DNA of 22,564 bases, taken from Candidatus Eiseniibacteriota bacterium. Lineage in GTDB: Bacteria > Eisenbacteria > RBG-16-71-46 > CAZEPH01. The notes under the pieces were generated by a model that made no database searches, was not told where the DNA came from, and worked only from the letters and a program-made list of their open reading frames with translations. Made by a program: the position numbers and the translations under genes. The stretch lies in NCBI GenBank assembly GCA_044229145.1, contig JBGATO010000058.1:1-22564 (forward strand), given 5' to 3'. Shown piece by piece: positions 1 to 8,385 of the stretch; the stretch's first letter is position 1; the number at the start of each line of letters is the position of its first letter.

Positions 1-267
1 GGAAAAGATGCCCCCTCGGGACGCAAGCGTCCGCGGCTCGCGCGGTCACGCGGCTGCCGCGGCGATTCTCCGTTCGTAATGCGTGTCCGCTTCTGCAACT
101 CCATGCTCCTTCACTTCGACGCCGGTCTCGGCGTCGTCTGCCGTGGATATACGCGGATACTACGATGCAGCAGCGACAAATCGACTGACGCCGAAGCGGG
201 GATGCGTGACGCGACCGGCATTGTCTCCAGTCGGCAACGCGGCAGCACTTGAGGTAAAGTCCCTCCC

Positions 268-2985
268 ATGTCCCTCACCCCCGGCGCCCGCCTCGGTCCC
301 TACGACATTCTCGGTCCCCTCGGCGCCGGCGGCATGGGCGAGGTGTTCCGCGCGCGCGATGCGCGGCTCGGCCGCGAAGTCGCGATCAAGGTGCTGCCCG
401 CCGCGCTCGCCGCCGATGCCGAGCGATTGGCGCGCTTCACCCGCGAAGCGCAGACGCTGGCCGCACTCAATCATCCGCACATCGCGCAGATCTACGGCTT
501 CGAGGACACCGGTGGCGCGCCCGCGCTGGTGATGGAACTCGTCGAAGGTCCGACCCTCGCCGATCGCATCGCGCAGGGCGCCATCCCGTGGGACGAGGTG
601 CTCCCGCTCGCGCGTCAACTCGCCGACGCCCTCGATTACGCGCACGAACGCGGCATCGTCCACCGCGACTTCAAGCCAGCGAACATCAAGGTCACGCCCG
701 ACGCTATGGTCAAGGTGTTGGACTTCGGCTTGGCCAAGGCGTTCGGGACGCCCGAGTCGCCAGACGCGACACTCGCCGGCACCGGCGCGAACTCGCCGAC
801 GATCACCAGTCCGGCGATGACGCAGGCGGGCGTGATCCTCGGCACCGCGGCGTACATGAGTCCGGAGCAAGCGCGCGGGCGGCCGGTCGACAAGCGCGCC
901 GACATCTGGGCGTTCGGCGTCGTGCTGTACGAGATGCTCACCGGCCGCGACGCGTTTCCGGGCGAGTCGATCACCGATGTCCTCGGCGCCATCGTGCTCA
1001 AGGAGCCGGAGTGGTCGCGATTGCCCGCGGATGCGCCGCCGCGCCTCACCGCGCTGCTGCGCCGCTGCCTCGAGAAGGATCCGCGCATGCGGTTGCGCGA
1101 CATCGGCGAAGTGCGCATCACCCTCGCCGACGAGCGGCCGGACGCTGTGGTAGCCGAGGTGGCGCCACCGCCAACGGTCCGCACGTCGCCACGACGCATG
1201 CTGCTGCCGTGGTCGGTCGCCGCGCTCGCCATCGTGGCAGCGGCCGTCGCGTGGTTCGCCGCACGCGGTGGCACATCGCGCGAGCTGCGGCTCGACCCCG
1301 CGCTCGAGCAGGTCACCGCGGACGCCGGCCTGACCATCGAACCCGCGGTGCCTCCCAATGGATCGCTGCTCGCCTATGCGTCGGATCGCGGCGGCTCCGC
1401 GCTCGATATCTGGGTGCAGCCGCTGCCCGCGGGCGATCCGGTGCAAGTCACGCACGACCCCGCCGACGATCGCGAGCCGAACTTTTCGCCCGACGGCAGC
1501 ACGATCGTCTTCCGCTCGGACCGCGACGGCGGCGGCATCTACACCGTGCCCGCGCTCGGTGGTGCCGAGCGATTGGTGGTCGCGAAGGGACGCCGTCCGC
1601 GCTTCTCGCCGGACGGCACACGCATCGCCTACCAAACCGGTGGGCGGGGCGCGTCGTCGGAGTTGTGGGTGATCGATGCAGCCGGCGGTGCGCCGCGGCG
1701 CCTTGCCACCGACCTGAAGAGCGTCGTGGGCGATCTGTGGACCGCGGATGGGAGCGGGATCCTCGTCTTCGCCCGCGGCTCCGCCAGGGACAGCAGGCCG
1801 GACTTGTGGCGCGTCGATCCGGCGGGGGGGCCGTCCAAAGCGCTGGGCCTCGGACCGCAAGCCGAGAAGGCGGACATCCATCTGGATTGGGCCGCGCCTC
1901 CGACTGCGATCCTCCACGGCGATATTGTGTTCTCGTACGCGACGGACAACACGGCGGGACTGTGGGCGGTGCCGGTCTCGGCCGATGGCCGCGCGCGGCG
2001 CGGCCGCCTGTATCCGCTGACGCACGGCACACGCCTCGACGACAGCCCTGCGGTCGCCAACGGTCCCGATGGCCCGCGGCTCTTCTTCGCGAGCAGCGAC
2101 ATGTACGCCACCATCCACGAACTGCCGGTGGACGCGAACGGCGGCCGGGCGGTGGGCGACGCGCATCCGCTGACGGAGTCCGCGGCGCGCGACACTTGGC
2201 CGTCGGTCTCGCGCGATGGCGGCAGCTTCACGTTCTTGTCGTCCCGCCACAACGGGCGTGTCTGGCTCAAGGACCGTGCGAGCGGTCGTGAGACGTCGTT
2301 CCCGGGCGAGACGCAAACCTGTCCCGTCCTCTCGCCGGACGGACAGTACGTTGCCTGCCGTACCGACACGACGATCCGGATTCTCCCGACACATGGCGGC
2401 CCGGCCCGCGTCCTCCCGATTGGCGCCGTGCGCATGGTCTGGGACTGGCCCACGCCCTCGCTGATCGTCGCCGGCCACAAGGGACAAATCGACGCCGTCG
2501 ACGTGGCTCGCGGCACGATGCGGCCGCTGCTGGCCGACGCACACGGCGAATATTACGGCCACGGCCGCCTCTCGCCCGACGGCCGCTTCGTGAGCGCGAT
2601 GGAGTGGGTGAGCGCCGATCGTGCGCGGATCATCGTGTTCCCGTTCCGGCAGACGCCGGTGCCGCCGTCCGACTGGATCGCGGTGACCGACAGCAACTCC
2701 GTCGCGGAGGAAAGCGCCTGGTCACCGAACAGTGCCTGGCTGTACTTCGTGTCCGAACGCGACGGCTATCGGTGCATCTGGGCGCAGCGGCTCGATCCCG
2801 CGACCAAGCATCCAGTCGGCGCTCCGGTCGCCGTCGCACATCTCCACAGTGCGCGCCGGCACATGATCGGCACCGGGGATTCGCCGCAGAGACTCGACCT
2901 CGGCCCCGGTGGACTCCTTTTTAGTTTGGAAGAGCGGCGCGGCAACATTTGGCTGGCGCGGCTCGCAACACAGGCGCGACGATGA
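268..2985 (+). CDS. Receptor-type Ser/Thr protein kinase (kinase - single TM - TolB/PD40-like beta-propeller), 905 aa
   Basis: Complete Hanks motifs GAGGMGEV, VAIK, HRDFKPAN, DFG, YMSPE, DIWAFG and RCLEKDPRMR. Hydrophobic helix LLPWSVAALAIVAAAVAWFAA. Repeated PD40-type motifs (EPNFSPDG, RPRFSPDG, PVLSPDG, GRLSPDG, SAWSPNS). SD-like GAGGT at 251-255. Confidence 0.95.
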   Translation: MSLTPGARLGPYDILGPLGAGGMGEVFRARDARLGREVAIKVLPAALAADAERLARFTREAQTLAALNHPHIAQIYGFEDTGGAPALVMELVEGPTLADRIAQGAIPWDEVLPLARQLADALDYAHERGIVHRDFKPANIKVTPDAMVKVLDFGLAKAFGTPESPDATLAGTGANSPTITSPAMTQAGVILGTAAYMSPEQARGRPVDKRADIWAFGVVLYEMLTGRDAFPGESITDVLGAIVLKEPEWSRLPADAPPRLTALLRRCLEKDPRMRLRDIGEVRITLADERPDAVVAEVAPPPTVRTSPRRMLLPWSVAALAIVAAAVAWFAARGGTSRELRLDPALEQVTADAGLTIEPAVPPNGSLLAYASDRGGSALDIWVQPLPAGDPVQVTHDPADDREPNFSPDGSTIVFRSDRDGGGIYTVPALGGAERLVVAKGRRPRFSPDGTRIAYQTGGRGASSELWVIDAAGGAPRRLATDLKSVVGDLWTADGSGILVFARGSARDSRPDLWRVDPAGGPSKALGLGPQAEKADIHLDWAAPPTAILHGDIVFSYATDNTAGLWAVPVSADGRARRGRLYPLTHGTRLDDSPAVANGPDGPRLFFASSDMYATIHELPVDANGGRAVGDAHPLTESAARDTWPSVSRDGGSFTFLSSRHNGRVWLKDRASGRETSFPGETQTCPVLSPDGQYVACRTDTTIRILPTHGGPARVLPIGAVRMVWDWPTPSLIVAGHKGQIDAVDVARGTMRPLLADAHGEYYGHGRLSPDGRFVSAMEWVSADRARIIVFPFRQTPVPPSDWIAVTDSNSVAEESAWSPNSAWLYFVSERDGYRCIWAQRLDPATKHPVGAPVAVAHLHSARRHMIGTGDSPQRLDLGPGGLLFSLEERRGNIWLARLATQARR

Positions 2986-5681
2986 CTCTCACCCCAGGAT
3001 CTCGCCTCGGTCCCTACACCATCCTCGGTCCGCTCGGCGCCGGAGGCATGGGCGAGGTGTTCCGCGCGCGCGACGAACGGCTCGGGCGCGACGTCGCCAT
3101 CAAATCGCTACCCGCCGGATTCGCACAGGACCCGGAGCGGCTCGCGCGTTTCGAACGCGAAGCCAAGCTGCTCGCGAGCGTGAGTCATCCCACCATCGCC
3201 GGCATCCACGGCGTCGAGGAGCGTGACGGCGACCGCTTCCTCATCCTCGAGTTCGTCGAGGGCGAAACGCTCGGAGAGCGTCTGCGGCGCGGTCCGTTGC
3301 CGCTCGAGGAGACGCTGGAGGTCGCGCGGCAGATCGCGACCGCGCTCGAAGTCGCGCACGAGAGCGGCATCGTCCATCGCGATCTCAAGCCGGGCAACGT
3401 CATGCTCACGCCCAGCGGCGCCGTGAAGGTGCTCGACTTCGGCTTGGCGAAGAGCGGCGCGGCGACGGGGCAGTCGTCGAGCGACATGACGATCTCCGCC
3501 TCGCCGACGATGACGTACCAGGCGACGGCGGCCGGCGTGATCCTCGGCACCGCGGCGTACATGAGCCCCGAGCAAGCGCGCGGCAAGGCGGTGGATCGTC
3601 GCAGCGACATTTGGTCCTTCGGCTGCGTCGTGTTCGAGTGTCTGACCGCGAAGCCGGTGTTCGAGGGCGAGACGATCAGCGATCTCGTCGCGCAGATCCT
3701 GCGCGGGGAGCCGGACTGGACAGCGTTGCCGGCCTCGACGCCGTCGGCGCTGCGACGGCTTATCGAGCGCTGTCTGCGCAAGGATGCGCACGAGCGGTTG
3801 CGCGACATCGGCGATGCGCGGCTCGAACTCGCGGAGATCGATCCGCACGGGCCGGCGATGGCTGCGTTGCCCGTCACGATCGCACCGCGCGCCACGCCGC
3901 GATGGCCGATGGCGGTCGCGGCAGCTGCGCTCGTCGCGCTCGCAAGCGGCATCGCGTGGGTCGCCACGCATCGCGCGCCGCCGCCCTCCGGCGTCCTCGA
4001 GACCAGCATCATGCTGCACGCCTCGCAGCGGCTCGCGCGCGGCGGCGATCATCAGTTCCTCGCGCTGTCGCCGGATGCGCGTGCCGTCGCGTATGTCGTG
4101 GGTGCGGGCGGTCCGGCGCAGTTGCACATCCGGCGGCTCGATCGCCGGGAGGATACCGTGCTCGCCGGCACCGCCGACGCGCACGAACCCTTCTTCTCGC
4201 CCGATGGCGACTGGCTCGCGTACTTCGACGCCTCGCATCTCGAGAAGATCTCCGTGCACGGCGGCGCACCGACCGCGCTGGCGACGGTGGGCGAGAGTCG
4301 CGGCGGCACCTGGCTCGACGACGGCTCCCTCGTCCTGCCGATGGCGCCGACGACCGGACTGTTCCGTCTCTCGCGCGACGGCGGAGAGCCGGACACGCTC
4401 ACCCGCCTGGCGCCCGGCGAGCGCACGCACCGCTGGCCGTCGCCGCTCGCCGGCGGGCCGTGGGTCGTCTACACCGTCGGCCTGGTGAATAGTCCCGACG
4501 ATTACGACGGCTCCGACATCGCCGCCGTGAATGTGAAGAGCGGCGAACATCGCATCCTGCTCCACGGCGCCCGCCGCGCCGTGTGGATGCCGCCCAATCA
4601 TCTCGTCTTCGATCGCGAAGGCACCCTGTTCGCCGTCGCGTGCAATCCGCGCAATCCGCGCGTCAGCGGCGATCCGGTGCCGGTGCTCGACAATGTCGGC
4701 GGCGCGAAAGGCTCCGGCGCGACGTTCCTGGATGTCGCGCGCGATGGCACGATGGCGTGGATTCCCTTCGACCCGGCGTCGCGCAAACTCGACGTGGGCT
4801 GGTTCGATCGCAGTGGGCACTGGACGCCGACGCCGGTTCCGCCGGGTGCGTATGGCTTCACCGTCCTGTCGCCCGATGGCCGCCGCGCGATCCTGCTCGG
4901 GCAGAGCGAGCTGTGGCTGGCGGATCTCGCCACCGGCGCGACGCGGCAGATCGCCTTCGGCCGCGATGTGCGCCAGGTCATGTGGACGCCGGACGGGACG
5001 GCGGCGATCATCACGCGTCCCGACTCGACCGGCGGTTCGCTCATCGAGCGGCTGCCGATCGATGGCAGCGCGGACGCGCGCGTGATCCGGCGTATGCCGC
5101 TCTTCTGCCTCGCGTGGTCGCAGACGCCCGATGGCCGCGAGATCGCCTATTCCGATTGGAGCGCCGTCGACGGGCGCATGCACATCACCGACGCAACCGG
5201 CGCCACCGACACGCAACTGCCGACGGATGCGAACGATCGCACCTACGAAGGCCTGCCGATGCTCTCGCCCGACGGCGCGTGGATCGCCTTCGTGTCGAAC
5301 CGCACCGGCCGCCAGCAGTTGTTCGTGCGGCGGCGCGACGGTCGCGGCGGCCTATGGCAGGTCAGCACCGATGGCGGCACCAGCGCGTGTTGGGGGCGCG
5401 GCGGCCGCGAGCTGTTCTACATCGAAGACCAGATGCTGCGCGCGGTGACTCTCTCGCCCTCCGGCGAGGGGATCGCGCTCGGTAAGCCGGTGACGCTGTT
5501 CGCGGTGCCGTCGTACGGCGCTGCGGCCACCGGCGTCGCCTTCTCGTACGATCCGCGCAACGATCGCTTCTTGTTCCCCAAGCCGCCGGCCGGCACCGAC
5601 GAACTGCGCGAGATCGCCGTGTCGATCGGCTTCGGCCGCCGTCTCGACGCGATCATCCGCGAAAAGCAGTCGAAGCAGTAG
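2982..5681 (+). CDS. Receptor-type Ser/Thr protein kinase (kinase - TM - TolB/PD40-like beta-propeller), ~899 aa
   Basis: Start moved from 2949 to ATG 2982: MTLTPGSRLGPY matches the paralog start MSLTPGARLGPY, and this ATG overlaps the upstream TGA (ATGA, 2982-2985). Motifs GAGGMGEV, VAIK, HRDLKPGN, DFG, YMSPE. TM WPMAVAAAALVALASGIAWVA. SPDG/TPDG propeller repeats. Confidence 0.95.
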   Translation: MTLTPGSRLGPYTILGPLGAGGMGEVFRARDERLGRDVAIKSLPAGFAQDPERLARFEREAKLLASVSHPTIAGIHGVEERDGDRFLILEFVEGETLGERLRRGPLPLEETLEVARQIATALEVAHESGIVHRDLKPGNVMLTPSGAVKVLDFGLAKSGAATGQSSSDMTISASPTMTYQATAAGVILGTAAYMSPEQARGKAVDRRSDIWSFGCVVFECLTAKPVFEGETISDLVAQILRGEPDWTALPASTPSALRRLIERCLRKDAHERLRDIGDARLELAEIDPHGPAMAALPVTIAPRATPRWPMAVAAAALVALASGIAWVATHRAPPPSGVLETSIMLHASQRLARGGDHQFLALSPDARAVAYVVGAGGPAQLHIRRLDRREDTVLAGTADAHEPFFSPDGDWLAYFDASHLEKISVHGGAPTALATVGESRGGTWLDDGSLVLPMAPTTGLFRLSRDGGEPDTLTRLAPGERTHRWPSPLAGGPWVVYTVGLVNSPDDYDGSDIAAVNVKSGEHRILLHGARRAVWMPPNHLVFDREGTLFAVACNPRNPRVSGDPVPVLDNVGGAKGSGATFLDVARDGTMAWIPFDPASRKLDVGWFDRSGHWTPTPVPPGAYGFTVLSPDGRRAILLGQSELWLADLATGATRQIAFGRDVRQVMWTPDGTAAIITRPDSTGGSLIERLPIDGSADARVIRRMPLFCLAWSQTPDGREIAYSDWSAVDGRMHITDATGATDTQLPTDANDRTYEGLPMLSPDGAWIAFVSNRTGRQQLFVRRRDGRGGLWQVSTDGGTSACWGRGGRELFYIEDQMLRAVTLSPSGEGIALGKPVTLFAVPSYGAAATGVAFSYDPRNDRFLFPKPPAGTDELREIAVSIGFGRRLDAIIREKQSKQ

Positions 5682-5706
5682 CGGCACCCTCGCTCCAGGA
5701 GATCTC

Positions 5707-8378
5707 ATGCTCGAATCCGGCACGACACTCGGTCCCTACGAAGTCCTCGCGCCTCTCGGCGCCGGCGGCATGGGCGAGGTCTACCGCGCCAAGGACACGC
5801 GGCTCGGCCGCGAAGTCGCCGTCAAGGTGCTGCCGCAGCATCTCAGCGACAACGCCGACATCCGCACGCGGTTCGAGCGCGAGGCGAAGACAATTTCGGC
5901 TCTCAACCATCCCAACATCTGCACGCTGTTCGATGTCGGCCGCGAAGGCGACATCGATTATTTGGTGATGGAACTCGTCGAAGGCGACACGCTCGCGGCG
6001 CGTCTCACACGCGGCGCGCTGCCGACGCCGGAACTACTGCGCATCGGCGCGCAGATTGCCGACGCGCTGGATCGCGCGCACCGCGCCGGCGTCGTCCATC
6101 GCGATCTCAAGCCGGGCAACATCATGCTCACGCGCAGCGGCGCCAAGCTGATGGACTTCGGCCTCGCGCGCGCCACCGCCGGCGGCGGCCCGGTAAGCGC
6201 GAGCGGCGTGACGATGGCCGCGCTCACGCAAACCGCGCCCGGCGCGTCGCCGCTCACCGCCGAGGGCACGCTCGTCGGCACGTTCCAGTACATGGCGCCG
6301 GAGCAACTCGAAGGCGGCGACGCCGACGCGCGCAGCGATATCTGGGCGCTCGGCTGCGTGCTCTACGAAATGGCGACCGGACGCCGCGCCTTCGACGGGC
6401 GCTCGCAAGCCTCGCTCATCGCCGCGATTCTCGAACGCGAGCCGGCGCCGGTGGCGGATTCGACGGCCAGCGCGACGAGCACGGCGAGTGGCGTCGTCGG
6501 GTCCGCGCCGCACGGCCTCGATCGGCTCATTCGTTGCAGTTGCAGTGGATCGCCGAGGCCGTTGGCATGTCGAGCGTCGGCACGCCGGCCACCGCGACGA
6601 TGCCGCTGCCCGTGCCGGCCAAGCGCGCGCCGGCCACGCTACCGTGGGGCATCGCCGCGCTCATGGCGGTCGCTGCCATCGCCGCCGTCGTGCTGTTGTG
6701 GCCAGCCGCACATGCGCAAAAGCAGGCGTATCGCTTCTCGATCGACGGTCCCGAGGGCGCCCGCGGCTTTTCGTGGCCGCGCGTCTCGCCGGATGGACGC
6801 TCACTCGTGTTCCTCACGGCGGATTCGTCCGGCACGCGGCACGCCTGGCTGCGGCCGCTCGACCAAACCATGGCGCGGCCGATCGCCGGAGCGGATGGAC
6901 TGACCCGCGCGTACTGGTCGCCGGATAGCCGCGAGATCGCGTTCGCGGCCAACGGCAAGGTCATGCGCGTTGCGGTTACCGGCGGCACGCCGACGATCGT
7001 CTGCGATGCGCCAGGCGGCGCCGACATCAGCTGGGGCGCGCACGGCTCGATCCTGCTCGACGGATCCGCCACGGATTCGATTCGCGTCGTGCCTGCGGCC
7101 GGCGGCGAACTGAAGCCGGCGACGCGCATCGATCACGCGGCGCACGAAGTGGGTGCCGCGTGGCCGTTCTTCCTGCCCGACGGCGAGCACTTCCTCTACC
7201 TCGGCATCACGAGCGGAACGACAGGCGGCAATATCCGTCTCGCCAAACTCGGATCTCTGGATTCGAAGCTGCTCGGGACGACCGACGGCCGCGTCGAGTA
7301 CGCGCCGGGAGGCTGGTTGTTGTTCGTGCGCGGCACGGCACTGCTCGCGCAGAAACTCGACATCGGCGCCGGCAAGCTCACCGGACAACCATTGACGCTC
7401 GTCGAGAATCTGCGCGTGGGCAGTGTGGCGGGGCACTACTCGATCTCGCGCTCCGGCGTGTTCGCCTTCTTCCAAGGCACGGCGTCGGCGAGCAGCACGC
7501 TGCAAGAGTACGATCGCGTGGGTCACACCGTCGGCGCGCCCATCACGCAGGGCGCCATCAGCAATCCGGAGCTGTCGCCCGATGGCCGTTCCTTGCTGTT
7601 CCAGCGAGTGCTGGGCACAGGCGGCGGCGTCGACGCGGACATCTGGGTGCGCGATCTCGTCCGCGGCACCGAGACCAAGCTGACCTTCGGCGTCGCCGGA
7701 CACGAGCCGATGTGGTCGCCCGACGGCAGACGCTTTGCCTGCATCGTCGCCAGCAGCGCCGGTGCGCGACTCCTCATCGGATCGGCCGATGGATTGGGCG
7801 CCCGCGATTCGATTCCGCTGCCCAACATGGGGACGCCGACTCTGACGCAGTGGTCGGCGGCGACGGGACGATTGCTCATCGTGCCGCAAGATTTCCACGG
7901 GGTACTGTCGGCGGCGCCGGGCGGCGGCGACAAGACGCTGCAGCGGATCGTCGGCCCCGAGATCCTCCTCGCGCACGCGGCGCTCTCGCCAGATGGCCGC
8001 TGGCTCGCCTACGCCACCAATCAAGGTGGCGGCGCGGTGCAGGTATACGTGCAGAGCATGACCGGAACGCCGGGCCGGTGGCAGATCTCAACCACCGGCG
8101 GTAGCACGCCGCGGTGGACGCGCGGCGGCCACGAGTTGATCTACGAATCCCCCAGCGCGTCGCTCATGGCAGTGGACATCGACGCCGCCAACGGTTTCCA
8201 CGTCGGCACGCCGCATCAGATCATGACGCTGCCCTCGGGGTCGCCGAACTTCGATCAGCACGGGTGGTGTTGCAGCGCCGACGGCACGCGGTTCTTCGCG
8301 CTCCTGCCGCCCAAGACCCAAGAGCAGGGCAACATGCAAGTCGTCACCGACTTTCAGACGCTGGTGAACCGGAGGTAA
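5707..8378 (+). pseudogene. Frameshifted receptor Ser/Thr kinase (kinase - TM - PD40 propeller) split over ORFs 5707-6903 and 6534-8378
   Basis: Kinase subdomains I-X read from 5707 (SD AGGAG 5697-5701) up to HGLDRLIR. The sequence then continues in another frame as LQLQWIAE, TM (LPWGIAALMAVAAIAAVVLLW) and SPDG repeats. The subdomain XI segment (xCLxKDPxxR) present in the three neighbouring paralogs is missing. The span of 2672 nt is not a multiple of 3. An assembly error is also possible. Confidence 0.8.
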
Positions 8379-8385
8379 GCGCGCG

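Noticed and set aside
8..115. GAAGGAGCA and GGAGA words on the - strand suggesting a glycine riboswitch
   Set aside because: The conserved CTCTCAGG element and the proper order of motifs are absent.
46..160. - strand frame ending ...ADTHYERRIAAAAA-stop, reminiscent of a tmRNA tag peptide
   Set aside because: No tmRNA 5' end (GGGG...GGxTTCGAC) upstream on that strand and no tRNA-like 3' end in view.
6534..6546. TTGCAG-TTGCAG tandem at the frameshift as a phase-variation or programmed frameshift site
   Set aside because: It simply encodes LQLQ. A 6-nt unit cannot change frame, there is no slippery heptamer, and slippage would not restore the missing subdomain XI.
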